Positions 25,924-39,350 are shown, counted from the first letter of the stretch. The stretch: 64,000 nucleotides of DNA from Octopus vulgaris (GCA_951406725.2 OX597823.1:99572001-99636000), one strand, 5' to 3'. Numbers and translations are program-made. Notes: generated by a model not told the origin, from the letters alone.

Positions 25924-26155
25924 CCACATAAAAAGCAACATCCGAACGTGGCCGATGCCAGCACCGCCCCGACTGGCTTCTGTGCAGGTGGCACATAAAA
26001 AGCACCCACTACACTCGCGGAGTGGTTAGCGTTAGGAAGGGCATCCAGCTGTAGAAACACTGCCAGACCAGACTGGAGCCTGGGGCAGCCCCTGGCTCCC
26101 CAGACCCCGGTCGAAACCGTCCAACCGGTGCTAGCGCGGAAAACGGACGTTAAAC

Positions 26156-26188
<33 letters not shown>
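25924..26188 (+). mobile_element. RTE 3' UTR-only copy
   Basis: CACCCACTACACTCGCGGAGTGG...GGAAGGGCATCCAGCTGTAGAAAC...GGACGTTAAAC(GAT)n. Confidence 0.85.
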
Positions 26189-26202
26189 ATATATATATAT
26201 AT

Positions 26203-27495
26203 CATCATCACCATCATCCTCATCATCATTTAACATCTGCTTTCCATGCTGACATGGGTTGGACGGTTTGACTGGAACTGGTAAGTCAGAAGGCTGAACT
26301 AGGTTCCAGTTCTGATTTGGCATGGTTTCTATGGCTGGATACCCTTCCTAATACCAACCATTCGGAGAGTGTAATGGGTGCTTTTTACATGCCACTGGCA
26401 TGAGTGCCGTTTACATGACACTGGTAACAGCCATGGCTATGATTTCACTTGGCTTGACGAGTCTTCTGAAGCACAACATATTGCCAAAGGTTTTGGTCAG
26501 TCGTCATCCCCTCCGTTAGGCTCAACATTTGAAGGTCATGCTTCACCATCTCAACCCATGTCTACCTGGGTCTACTTCTTCCATAGGTTCCCTCCACAGT
26601 GCTTGTTTACACAGCTGTCCTCGTCCATACACATCGCATGACCATACTAATGCAGTCATCTCTCTTGCACACCACATCTGATGCCTCTTATGCCCAGATT
26701 TTCTCTCAAGACATTTATGCTCTGTCATACACGCACATTGACATTACACATCCAGATAAGCACACTGTCTTCATTTCTTTCAAGTCTATGCATATCCTCT
26801 GCAGTCACAGTGCACGTTTCATGGCTGGGGAGCCTCGGCTGTTCACGCACAAGCGTCATATAGTCTGACTTTTATTCTGAAGGAGAGATACTTTGTCACC
26901 AACAGAAGTAGAAACTCTTTGAACTTTGCCCAGCCTATTCTTATTCTAGCAACTATGCTCCTCAGTGTATCCACCTCTACTGCTGACTTGGTCACCTAGA
27001 TACTGGAAGCTATCAGCTACTTCTAGTTTTCCCCATTGCATTGGATAGAGTCTATTTTCTTTAGATTTCTTGTGAGTGTTGTACCTGTACATCTGCCACA
27101 CACAAAGTTTCCCTGTTAACCTTCCTCAGATGTTGCACATCTTTTGTATTCATAGCTTGAACTGGGTACATCTTATGGAGTTTCTACCTATGCCTTTTCT
27201 ACAGATTGAGCAGGGCCATCTACTTGAAGGGATTTCTGATTTGTCTGCTTTCCTACTTACTAAGACTTTGGTTTTTACTATATTAACTCTAAGGCCCTTT
27301 GATTCTAGACCTTGCTTCCACACCTGAAATTTCCTCTGGAAGAGATTTGGCTATGAGAATAAGGTCATCAGCATAGAGGAGATCCCAGGGGACTGTCTGT
27401 CTTGAATTCCCCTGTTATTGCCTGGAGGACAATGATGAACAAGAGGGGGCTAAAGGCTGATCGTTGGTGAGGCCCTACTCGTACCCTGAATTCAT
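26203..27495 (-). mobile_element. Older RTE LINE, 5'-truncated and degenerate
   Basis: Minus strand EFRVRVG...SPLLFIIVLQAI...LLYADDL...WPCSICRKG. The 3' tail appears as (CAT)n on +. Confidence 0.88.
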
Positions 27496-27499
27496 ATAT

Positions 27500-27569
27500 T
27501 TACTTATTTTTATTTTTTTAATTTTATCTAGTTTCAGCTCACAAGCTGTGGCCATGCTGGGGCACCGCC

Positions 27570-27572
<3 letters not shown>
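27500..27572 (-). mobile_element. Extreme 3' tail of the CR1/L2-type LINE
   Basis: Minus strand ATGGCGGTGCCCCAGCATGGCCACAGCTTGTGAGCTGAAACTAGATAAAA matches 49991-50040. Confidence 0.8.
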
Positions 27573-27616
<44 letters not shown>

Positions 27617-27833
27617 TTGTATAATAATGGACTCTTCTGTCATTAAACGACATATGAGGGTTTGACAATTTCTTGTTGAACAACATGCAGATGATTTGTT
27701 TATAGTGATCAAATGTTTGTGTAGAGATAAGCTCACTCCTTCCATCAGATCAATATTACCTGTACAGGTGGAACCTGTGTTAAATGTCAGATGCTGAAAT
27801 GACAGCATTTATATATATATACATACATGTATG

Positions 27834-27891
<58 letters not shown>

Positions 27892-27892
<1 letters not shown>

Positions 27893-28348
27893 GGAGGCAA
27901 TGTGACTCCCATGCCAGTGGCACATAAAAAGTACCTGTTGAGTGTTGGGTCTCACGAAGGCAATGTGGCCAATGCCAGTGTCATGTAATTAGCACCTGTG
28001 CCTGTGACACATAAAAAGCACCTTTCGAGTGTTGGGCCTCACAGAGGCAATGACAAATGACTGAGACCTTTTAACAATATGGAGTGCTTGAGAAGAAGAC
28101 TCATCAAGCCAAGTGGAATCATAGTCGGGGTGGATACTGGTGTCATGCAACTGGCACTCATGCTGGTGGCATGTAAAAGCACCCATTACACTCTTGGGGT
28201 GGTTGGCATTAGGAAAGGCATCCAGCCAGAGAAAACCATGCCAAATCAGACTGGAGTCTGGTGCAGCCCCTCAGCTTACCAGGCCTTGTCAAACCATCCA
28301 ACCCATGCCAGCATGGACAATGGATGTTAATAGATGATGATGATGATA
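27892..28348 (+). mobile_element. RTE-related 3' UTR fragment
   Basis: GTGGCACATAAAA repeats, GGAAAGGCATCCAGCC, CCATGCCAGCATGG and a (GAT)n tail. Confidence 0.75.
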
Positions 28349-28362
28349 ATATATATATATAT

Positions 28363-28542
28363 AAAATGCTTAGCAGTATTTCGCTAAGCACTACATTCTG
28401 AGTTCAAATTCCACTGATGTCGACTTAGCCTTTCATCTTTTTGGGGTCAATAAATCAAGTACCAGTCAAGTACTGGTGTCGATGTGATTGATTGTCTCCC
28501 TCCTCACAAAAAAAATCCAGGCCTTTTCCTGAAGTAGAAAGG

Positions 28543-28601
<59 letters not shown>

Positions 28602-28825
28602 GGTGGTGAGCTTGGCAGAATTGTTAGCATGCTGGGTAAAATGCTTAGCACTGTTTTGTTCATCTCATCTTTAAGTTTTAAGTTCAAATTCCACTGAGGT
28701 CGACTTTACCTTTCATCCTTTCAGGGTCGATAGATTAAGTACCACTTATGCACTGAGCTTGATGTAATCAACTAGTTCCCTTCCCCCAAATTTCAGGCCT
28801 TGTGCTTCAGCAGAAACGACTATTA
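28363..28825 (+). mobile_element. SINE family B dimer, a duplicate of 30966-31401
   Basis: Two units with GAGTTCAAATTCC (B box) and GTCGACTT..CCTTTCATC..GGGTC..TAA..AAGTACC, joined by (ATT)n. Confidence 0.85.
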
Positions 28826-30310
28826 ATATATATAATATCATTATTTGAAAAATTGAATAGAAATACATTTTCTGATAATTTTTACACTTAAATAATTCGA
28901 TGTTTATAAGTTTACAAAAGATCACTTTAATAGGAATTTCTCACTCAAAAGTGGTTTTCAAATTGATACTTAGAGTTTGTTATCCACTGCTTAAATAGGG
29001 AGCGCTTAATTATAAACATACGTGCATACAAACATTAACACCCCCCCACACACACACACACACATATATGTATACCCATACGTATACACATATAGAGAGG
29101 CACACACTAATTATTAAAGTGGAAAAAATGATCAGAAAAGCCATTTCTGTTCATTTTTTCAATTAAACACACACAAACACACACACCCTTGTTTTGTCAT
29201 CACATGATCGTTATAAATCATCATACAAGTTATGCTGTTCCTTTCAAGTCTTCTGTGAAAAACATGCCTGACCATGGAAAAATATTACTTTGCTCGGAAA
29301 CAAGTGAGGGTTGGCAACAGAAAGGGCATTCAGCCATAGAAAATTTCTCTCAATGGATTCTGTTTATCCATGCAAGCATGGAAAAGTGGGCATTCATGAT
29401 GATAATGTGTGTATGTGTGTTAATTAATCCCTATATTTTAATTTGCTGTAAAAGATATATATTTGACAGCAGATTTTGCATATTGACATTAATTAAAATC
29501 CAGGGATTAGTTACTTTTTCAGAACCTTATGCTTAGATTTTCTTATTGCTTGCTTACTGTGAAACATGTTTGTATGAAATTCATAAAGAGTGACTATTTG
29601 AGTTGACAGAAAATGGTATGGCACTAGAGTTATTCAATTATGTCCTATATTCAGAGATCAAATCCTTCCAGAGCAAACCATACCTTTTATTCCAATGAAG
29701 TTGGTAAATTTTTTTATAAATCACTCAGTTATATTTCTGATTGCCTTAATGCTCAGTCAAAAGGAATTAATAAAGTCTGAAAATGTCAGACACGTTTTCT
29801 CTCCTCTATTATACAAGACATCAGAATAGCCCAAGTCTTTTACCAATAAATTTTAAAGCCGTTACTTTTTTTATAGAATCATTTTTTAATTTTATTTCCT
29901 TGAAGAATCAAAAGCTATTTACCTACGAGTTAAGTTTTATTGATGTCAATTTATTTCTTTATATCCTTGCTGACTATAATCAGTATTTTATTAGAACCTT
30001 CCAGCTGCTAAATGTACTATGATATTAATTACATTCAAAGTGCTTTTGTTTAGAATTATCAACTAAATGCAGCTGAAATATCTGGAACAAAATTTACAAC
30101 TGTTTTTTTCCTTTTTCTGTATTACATATGCTCCTTTTTTTTCTGTGTCATGTTGTTAATAGATGTAGTAAGTAAATTAAAGTAAGGTAGAGATTGTTAT
30201 TATTAAACAAAACTAACAGGAATGATGATGATGATTATGATGATGATGATGATGATGATCATCATCATCATCATCAGTAGTAGTAGTAGTAGTAGTAGTT
30301 GTAGCTGTAA

Positions 30311-31145
30311 AGGCAGTGAACTGGTGGAATCATCAGGCGGTCTGATAAAACAGTTTTGCATTCTGAGTTCAAATTCTGCTAAGATCAACTTCATCTTTCA
30401 TCTTCTAAGAGTTAATAAAATAAAGTACCAGTCAAGTACTGGGGTCAATGTAATCATCTATCCCTCACAACTACTAAAATTGCTGGCCTTGTGCCAAAAT
30501 TTAAAGCAATTATTATTATTGTATGCTTTAAGGTAGCAAGCTGACAGAATCATTGCTGCACCAAACAAAATTCTTAGCAGCATTTCTTCTGGTTTTACAT
30601 TTGGTTTCAAATTCCACCAAGATATAATCTGTCTTTTATGTTTTCGGGATCAATAAAATAAATATCAGTTGAGCTTTAGGGTTGATGTAATAAACAAGAC
30701 CCCTCACACACAATTTCAGGCCTTGGTTCCACAGAATAAATCATTATTTCATATTTTCAATGCATCACTGAGCAGAGCTTTGGGCCTTCACTATATGCTG
30801 GCATGGCCGGAGAGCTGCACCATGCTTTGCTGTCTGTTTAATGTAGCCTGGGGAGACGTTTACATTGGTGCATATTCATCAACTTTGTGCTGTATATTAT
30901 TATCACCATCATCATCATTATTATCACTAAGGCAGCGAGCTGGCAGAATCATTAGCATGCTGGGCAAAATGCTAAGCAGTATTTCGCTAAGCACTACATT
31001 CTGAGTTCAAATTCCACTGATGTCGACTTAGCCTTTCATCTTTTCGGGGTCAATAAATCAAGTACCAGTCGAGTACTGGGGTTGATGTGATTGATTGTCT
31101 CCCTCCCCACAAAAAAAATCCTGGCCTTTTCCTGAAGTAGAAAGG

Positions 31146-31177
<32 letters not shown>

Positions 31178-31639
31178 GGTGGTGAGCTTGGCAGAATTGT
31201 TAGCATGCTGGGTAAAATGCTTAGCACTGTTTTGTTCATCTCATCTTTAAGTTTTAAGTTCAAATTCCACTGAGGTCGACTTTACCTTTCATCCTTTCAG
31301 GGTCGATAGATTAAGTACCACTTATGCACTGAGCTTGATGTAATCAACTAGTTCCCTTCCCCCAAATTTCAGGCCTTGTGCTTCAGCAGAAACGACTATT
31401 ATTATTATTATTATTATTATTATCTAAGGCAGCAAGCTGGCAAAATTGTTAGCATATTGGACAAAATGCTTAGTGGTATTTTCCCCGTTGCTACATTCTG
31501 AGTTTAAATTCTGCTGAGGCTGACTTTGCTTTTCATCCTTCCAGGGTCGATAATTTAAGTACCAGTTGTGCACTGGGGGTAGATGTAATTGACTCATCCC
31601 CTTTCCCAAAATTTCTGCCCTTGTGGCAAAATTTGAAGC

Positions 31640-31694
<55 letters not shown>

Positions 31695-31710
31695 GTTATT
31701 ATTATTATCA
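30311..31710 (+). mobile_element. Head-to-tail array of about five tRNA-SINE family B copies separated by (ATT)n
   Basis: Units start AAGG(C/T)..GAGCTGGCAGAAT at ~30311, 30530, 30930, 31177 and 31427. The central segment resembles the Meta/Sauria-SINE domain (recalled, not searched). Confidence 0.85.
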
Positions 31711-31711
31711 T

Positions 31712-32619
31712 CGTATGTTTGACTTTTGCTTTACATTTGTACAAGTTGGCTCCAAGTCTCACACAGAGACCTCAAGAGACAACAAGAGACAACAAGTTGG
31801 AAGTTCATGTTGGTGTTATGCCTAGGGTGCCATATATTTGGTTTTGTAAATAGTGTTGTTCTTAAAAATGTTTAAGAAACCATAAGAAAATTGTGTTTGT
31901 TTTAAAATTTGAGATTACATAGAAAGTATTTTACGCAGTTCCCATGAGCACTATCTTTGGAATTTCTGCCATTTTTGGGTTTCCTGGTATCTGAGCTAGA
32001 TAGCAATCAGCCCCTTTTGCTATCATTCCTAGGGCACCTACGACAACAAGTATAGTTTTAGTTTTCAGGTTCCACATTTTGCTAATTTCTATTTCAAGAT
32101 CTTTATACTTGCTCAGTTTTTGGTAGGTCTTGACCGATACGTTTATATCGATTGGGACAGTCATATCAATGAGGAGGCATGTTTTTTGTCTGAAGTCTTT
32201 CAATATGATGTCTGGCCTATTCGCATATATCTTTCTGTCAGTTTGAATGGTGAAGTTCCAGAGGAGTGAGGTGTGGTCGTTTTCAAGCACTGGAGGTGGT
32301 TTGTGTTACCACCAGTTTTTATCATGGGGCAAATCCAAGCTTTTGCAAATTACCCAGTGAATATATTGTGCAGCTCTATCATGTCTGTTGAGATACTCTG
32401 TAGGCGCTAGAAGACTGCACTTGGAGACAACATGATCAATGGTTTCATTTTGTTGTTGACATACACGACATGTTGGGAAGCTGGCATTCCTTAATATGTT
32501 GGCCTGGTAGTTCCTTGTAGGTAGGCATTGATCTTGGGCTGCTATGAAAATCGTTTCTGCTTCAGATTTTAAGCCAGATGTCATTAGCCATTGATGGGCA
32601 AGGGCTTTGTCAACATCAG

Positions 32620-32622
<3 letters not shown>
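31712..32622 (-). mobile_element. R4/Dong-clade non-LTR retrotransposon, 3' part (CCHC knuckle plus restriction-like endonuclease)
   Basis: AAQDQCLPTRNY...CRVCQQQNETIDHVVSKC...RHD; LLWNFTIQTD...NRPDII...LIDM...KYKDL...VVVGALG. (TAA)n flanks both sides on the coding strand. Confidence 0.92.
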
Positions 32623-32677
<55 letters not shown>

Positions 32678-32736
32678 TGTTATTATTATTGTTATTATCA
32701 TTGTTGTTGTTATTATTATTATGATTATTATCATTA

Positions 32737-32996
32737 CTGTACTTCTCAGAGCTCTCAGTCTTACTTGCTCTGGGTGATTCTGTGAGAGCAGACAGCAACC
32801 TGTTGTCAGACGTCACACAGAGTCTCTTTCTGCTAATTATAAGCTTTGGTACTTGGATGTTAACTTATCATGGAAGACTCTCAACACCCAAGCACCAATC
32901 TCAAAATCTTACCTGTCCCCAGTAGAGCAGTTTTTGGGGGCCTGCTCTGCCCTTGTGTGAATTCCAATGTCTCTGACATATTTCTTGACTCTGGTT
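32737..32996 (-). mobile_element. R4/Dong-type extreme 3' fragment
   Basis: KKYVRDIGI...KTALLGTGKILRLVL C-terminal motif, lying between microsatellites. Confidence 0.6.
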
Positions 32997-33043
<47 letters not shown>

Positions 33044-33099
33044 TATCATCATCATCATCATCATCATTATTATTATTATCATCATCATCATCATCATTG

Positions 33100-34100
33100 A
33101 TTTGGCTCAGGTTTATACTTATTCCTCGTAGAATTTGTGTGTGGCAGGTTGCTGCCCGTAACCTTCGGTATTCTCAATCTTTCAATAGTCTTTCAAGTGC
33201 TTAGAAGCCTCCTGATAATTTTTCCTGTCTCTAAGAGGCAAACTTTCTGTAGAAGCTCTACAGGACATTCTATTTCAATCTCCTTCAACCATTTCTCTAT
33301 ATCTTCATTTACAGTTCACCATGCACCAATTATTATAGGCACAACCTTTACAATTTTCAAATTCCAAATTCTTGCAATTTCAAATTTTAAGAGATTGTAA
33401 TTTAAAAAATTTTTCGTCTTCTTTCTTTACAATCCTGGAATCCAATAGACATGATGGATCAATTAGCAGGTAACTTCCAATTTCCTTATCCACTATTGCT
33501 ATATCTGGCCTTTTATTTTGTAATTTCTTGTCTGTTTCAGTAGGAAAGTCCCACAGAATCTTACAATTCTCCAACTCCAGCACTCTTTTCATTTGATATT
33601 CATACCATGCATCTCCAATTTCAAATCCCCAAAGCTTCAAGTGTAAAATTTGTACTACTTGATTGTGTCTCCATTTCTTATATTCTTCCTGTGCCAACTT
33701 GGGGCATTCTGCTACAATGTGTGCCACTGTTTCATTCCAAGTTCCACAGATTCCTCAAGTTGTTTGTTTTTATCACTTGATCTTGGGGCTGCTACAATTA
33801 GACACTATGTTTCTTTTCTTAATTGCTCCTTTTTTTAATCCAGCACAGGATTTTATTCCACGTACATCTTCAGTGGCTCACCAAAACTGACCGTGCCAAG
33901 GTTTCTCTTCAATCTATCTAATGTTCCCTCTTTGAATTTCATTCTTGTCCTTCTCTGCTATTCCACACTTGACCACCAGTTCCTTAATCACTGTCTTTGA
34001 TAGTTTCTCTGTGCCGTTCTGTAAATATTCTAGTAGGCTTTTTCTTTCCATCTGTCCACACTCTTCCACGGCAATTAAGTTTCTTCCACCCTGTTCTTAG
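33100..34100 (-). mobile_element. Second R4/Dong-clade fragment, degenerate
   Basis: HIVAECPKLAQEEYKKWRHNQV...KILWDFPTETD...KRPDIAIVDK...LLID. Confidence 0.85.
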
Positions 34101-34119
34101 TCTTCTTAAATTCCAGAAT

Positions 34120-34520
34120 CTTTCTTAGGAATCTTGCAGAATATAGGATGGCACTTTCTGCAGGTTAACAACACACGTCTCAATTCCAATAGCCTTCAGC
34201 CTCTTAGGTAGCAGTTTGGGTGTTGTGCCGGGTACATCAGCTACAAAAGGGACGGTTATTTGTCTTTCACAGTCTCATCTCTCTGGCTATGCCTGATATT
34301 TCTCAATTTCTTTGGCATCCACTCTACTATCATATGGCATTGCAAAGTCTATGGCCATACACTGTTTGCTTTCTCTGTCCTCTATAATCATATCTTGTCT
34401 ATTTGCTCCAATTGTATATCTCTATGGAGATGTTCTGTAGTTACCGTTTCACCATGATGACCTCTGGCTCAAATTTGTGCCACTTTTCCATCACTTTCAA
34501 TTCTAATGTACTCTTTTGCT
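34120..34520 (-). mobile_element. Further highly degenerate RLE LINE fragment
   Basis: VPFVADVPGTTPKLLPKRLKAIGIET...LQK resembles the R4/Dong C-terminus. Confidence 0.45.
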
Positions 34521-36809
34521 GGCACCGTCACACCTACGTGTATACACTATATGTGCTAGCTACTTACTTAGGAAATGGTTAATATATTTGTCCCCTTTTC
34601 CACACATTTTGCATTTATTCTTCAAGTCTTATCAATCTGTCTTCATCAAATTCATTCTAATGGCTTGTTCCTAAACGCTTTGATTAGCTCTTCAGTCTCC
34701 CATTTCAGGTTTCCATGTCAGCCATAACCAAACAGCATTCTTTACTCACAGCTTTCTCAGTTTTTTGCATGAATTAGCCTTGTAATTCTTTCTTTCCAGC
34801 AATTTTTCTTATCATTTTCTTTTTCTGTTCTTGACTACTTTCACTATTTCATGGCTCTTGAAGCATGCATATGTGTGTTCATTTCACTTCACTTTAAACC
34901 TAAACCATATTTATAGCATTACCAAATTAAATTTTCTTTGGAGGATTTGCTAAAAAAGGATTATTATTCTAAGGAAAGCTTGCTTGAGGCATAAACAATA
35001 AGAAAGAAGCTTTGTTTTTACAGACGTTTTCTTATTTATTTAGATACATGACATTTTAACTTTCAAAATGGTTACCAAATGAAAGGATAATACACAACAA
35101 AATATTGCAACAGGTAGGCAAGAAAAAAAAAACAATGCAAAATCAAAAAAAAAAAGAAAGAAACAACTAAACAAAAAAGAGATAAAAAAAACAAACATTT
35201 AACTAAGCAATTAATATGAAAAAATATTTCAAACAGTCTAACAGGTAGTTTTGAAGATGACAACACTAGCAACAAAAACACCAACATTTCTACTTTAAAT
35301 TGCTCATTTAGTAACCGTCTTAATGTTATTCTTGCTTCACTTATACAGAAAAAAACAAAAACAAATAGAATTTTTACACTTAACTCAGTCCCAAATAAAA
35401 AAAAGAGAAGACTTTTGCAATACCAAACAGTGTTTCTTAGCCACAGTATCTAATCTAAAGAAGAGCACAGAAAAATTATATATCTGTGATTCAGAAAAGA
35501 TGGCACCAAACTGAATCTATCCTCATGATAGGAATTACAACAAATTCTTCAGGACATTTCAGAAGAAATCCTTTCAATCATAAAAGGAAGATGTTATGGC
35601 ACTATCTACTGTAATTTCAAAATCAAAGAGTCAGCCAAAAAACACAGACTGAAATTGTTAGACATAATGTTTGTGTCCGATTGCATGGGATGAAGAAATA
35701 CAAGAGTGATAAGAAGAGGCATCAAAAGTGGTGTAGATCAATAGTTTGTCGTCACTTTCATGTTGCTGTATGGGCAAGTGGTTAAAGCGTGGCAAACAAG
35801 TGGTAACATGAGACCAGGGGTCATCAAAATAGATTTGCAAATCCTACAAATTTCCAAAGGCCACAAAGCTATGCCAGAACTGTGCCCATTTGAGTGTCAA
35901 GACAAAAGACATGAGATTGAGATGAGACAAGGCAAAAAAGCTTAGTTAGTAACATTTATTGTAATAGGAACAACTTGCCCCGAAGAACTCGAAATCCTTG
36001 GCCAGAAGACTAGAAAGGAAAGAAATAGAAACCAGCTGAAACTACAAGAACCACAGACCCTGATTTCCAGGGCACCATCATTCAAAACTGATGTGACAAG
36101 AGAAATTGCTTTAGAAACAGCCACAAACATCCTGTCTCTGAAGAGAAGCAACCAGTTGTACCACCACCCCATTATCATGTGACAAGAAAGGAATAGCGTT
36201 GAAGAAATGTACAAAGTGTCAAAGAAAACACTGAAGGAAAAACAAGGAAAAATAATCTCAAAAGAGGAAAAGTCAACATAAAAGAATTAAAATGGATGAA
36301 GAAGATTAACTTCCATAAAACAATAATGAAACAAAATAACAAAGAAGACAAAGTAGAGGACAGGGAACTGGGATACACCATCCTTTGGAAATCAAGCAAA
36401 CAACTTTTAAATAAATTCTCATATCCATGACTCCATGGATTTTCCAATGAAGTCAAAATAACAGAAATACAGGCAATAGGCCAAAAATAGATTGTTCGTA
36501 AAAATAAAACAAAAGCACAGTAATGGACTAAAATTAAAAATTTTTATTCCTCCATTTATGTATTGCACAATACCTTTCACCTCTCCACTTTGTCTAACTT
36601 ATCTTTCCTGAATGCACACATTTTCTTTGTATGAGAAGAGGCTGAGAAGGTCCATGGCTGACAATGAAGGAGTGATGCTAGAGCTGTGAAATCTTGCATG
36701 CATTAATCTCAGCTCTTCTTATTAATAACTGCATTGTTTCTTTCCAGATAAACTGACAAGGAAACAGTAATGTATCACACACACAAAGATATGTGCGTGT
36801 GTGTGTATA

Positions 36810-36955
36810 CAATGGGCTTCTTACAGTTTCTGTCTACCAAATTCACTCACAAGGTTTTTGTCAGCTGAGACTAGTTGAAGACATTTGACCAAGGTATTAC
36901 AAAGTGGGACTGAACTCAAAGCCCTGTGGTTGAGCTGCTTAACCACATAGCCTTT
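36810..36955 (-). mobile_element. SINE family A, degenerate 5' half
   Basis: CAGTTTCTGTCTACCAAATTCACTCACAAGG on + is the reverse complement of the family core. Confidence 0.7.
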
Positions 36956-37999
36956 TATATTTTTATTTCATATTCTTAATTTTATTCTCTGATTTTTTCC
37001 CCCCATTCCTTATATAATTCTTAAAACTTATTAATTCCTCTTTTCTCAGATTTTCTAAACAACTAAATATAAATCACATCTGTTGCATTGCAGACAGTGA
37101 TAACAATTTGACTTCATGTTTCCAGATGACTTACTTCAACTTGTCCTACAAATAATTGTTACAAAAAGATTTCACAACATATGAATCTATTCAGGGCTTA
37201 ATTAAGTCAATGAGATTGTGAACATTAAATTTAATTTTTAAGACTAGTTTCAGCACATTTCTGTAAGTGACAGCATGTTTAATGTTTACAACACATGCAT
37301 CGATACAGACACAAACACACACATTCACATTGCCTAAACACACATCTAAGTAAGTGTCCCCACCATTGTCATTTAATGTCTGTTTTCTGTGCTGGCAGGG
37401 TTTGTAGTTATCTACCAATGTATGATGTGTATGTGTATATATGTATGTATGTATGTATGCATGTTGAATGTATGTGTGTATGTACATTGTATGTATGTAA
37501 AGAATACAATATTTTGAATGGCACAACAATGCACTATAATACAAACAATGGACTATAAGAACTGTTGTAATTTAATCATCCATAGTCTGATATGATATTC
37601 CGGAATAAAAATTCCTCCTTCAGATATTCCTAGGAATTGATGGGTTGCTGCTATAATCGGTTTTCCAACGGCTTTTCTTGTATGTAAGTAGCTGAAAAAC
37701 AGTAATAATGGCATTATAATCTCAAATGATTTTGTCCAGCAAATAAGCAGTTATTCATTAATCCTGGGTTCAATTATGTTTTGATTCTAACATTGAGGAG
37801 ATGCATTTGCCTAATTTATTTCCAAATTAGAAAATTTATAAAGTTACAAGTATCATGCTCTCATTAGCATTATGACAAATTTTAATTAGACAAAATGATA
37901 AGCACCAGCCAGCATGAGTACCACAGATTTTTATACATGAAAATATGCTTAATGCTTATAAGAAAGTAAATATGATTTAAACATATCAATGACAGACAT

Positions 38000-38800
38000 G
38001 TCAACTTGAAGAATGCTACAGTGTTGAGATATGCAAATGTCATCAAGCTACACCTTGAGATAAAAAGAACATGTCCTATACGCTCTTTCCGGCACGCAGC
38101 AATGGATTATCAACTGGGAACTCACACTGGCTGTGGACAGGCGCGTCACCATGCACTTTGGGAGAAAAAATCCAGCTTTTACCTATACCAATCTTCAGAA
38201 GTCTGTTAGTGAATGTGACCTGGGTATTATTGTCAACAGCGATTTGCAATGGACAAAGCTCATCTCTAAGATTGTCAAGAAGGCTGAGTGTGTCTTGGCA
38301 TCACTTAGTAAGACCTTTCGTCAGCTGCTCTCAACTATGGTGTGTTTTCATTTAGAGTCTGCATCACCAGCCTGGAACCAGCATTCCCAGGTATTGCAAT
38401 ATCTATAATCTTGCTCAGCATATCAGTCTCCTTGAAAATGTTCAAAAACAGGCAACCAGACGAATACCTGCCATCAAGCATCTACCATACTCTGAATGTC
38501 TTGCTTCCCTGGGCATAGACACATTGAAGCTCAGACGTCTGGCAATTGACTTGGTAGACACCCACAAGATTATCCACCATCTTTCCAACAACAACCTTGG
38601 GCACCTTTTTGAATTCCATTGACAAACACTTGCAGACATGCTTATAAAATCAAAAAACAACACAGTACCCATGACTTTCGAAAACATTTTTTCACACTCA
38701 GAATTGCTAAAGCATGGAATAAACTACCTGCATCAGTTGTAAGCAGTCGAGATGCTACATCCTTCAAAATTCCATGCTTCCTGAAATTTGCCAACAATAC
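38000..38800 (+). mobile_element. Degenerate CR1/L2-type LINE 3' fragment
   Basis: RYANVIKL (decayed YADD), ECDLGIIVNSDLQW, HLESASPAWN, LENVQKQATRRIP, RKHFFTLRIAKAWNKLP. Confidence 0.85.
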
Positions 38801-38819
38801 AACTGATGCCCTCTGCTCA

Positions 38820-39350
38820 GGAATCTGAAGTCACTAACAAGTAACCTGTGTTGAGGGGAGCACCCTTCACTTGAGTAGGACTTTGCATTCACAAGCAACC
38901 ATCTTTCCCATTTTCTAGGTAGAATGTAGTAAATCTGGCTTGTTTGGACACTAAGGTTGATAGGTGAACAGGTAACTGGCTGGTTTCCTGAAGTTAGTAT
39001 TGCATAGGTCATAAAATCGATCTTTCTGTTCATCTGGCAGCCCTGATTGAGGAGCAGATGTAGAAATAATAGTTGCTGTTCCACTTTGCAAAACTAGTCT
39101 AAGTGTATCAAACACATCTCAATAGCCTTATCAACCAATGGCTCAGCAAGAAGTATGTCCCCACCACCAGCCCCTTCCCCATTGCCCACCCAGAAGATTT
39201 TGTACCTTGCCTGTGAGGAACCTGGTACAAACTCCCTCCACCTTACTTCTTGAATGCAACACACATCTAAACACCTTCATTCTAGCATGTCAACAATCTC
39301 ACCAGGCCTCTTTTTCAATGTGTCCATATTGATTGTGCCAACCGTGTGAT
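38820..39350 (-). mobile_element. RTE-type AP endonuclease remnant
   Basis: SQIYYIL...LVNAKSY...CSPQHRLLVSDFR matches the C-terminal APE motifs. Confidence 0.6.

Noticed and set aside
35450-36470. Very decayed LINE-like coding remnants (also ~1900-2800, ~6400-7150, ~40100-41200)
   Set aside because: Only faint motif traces, so family and boundaries cannot be supported without a profile search.
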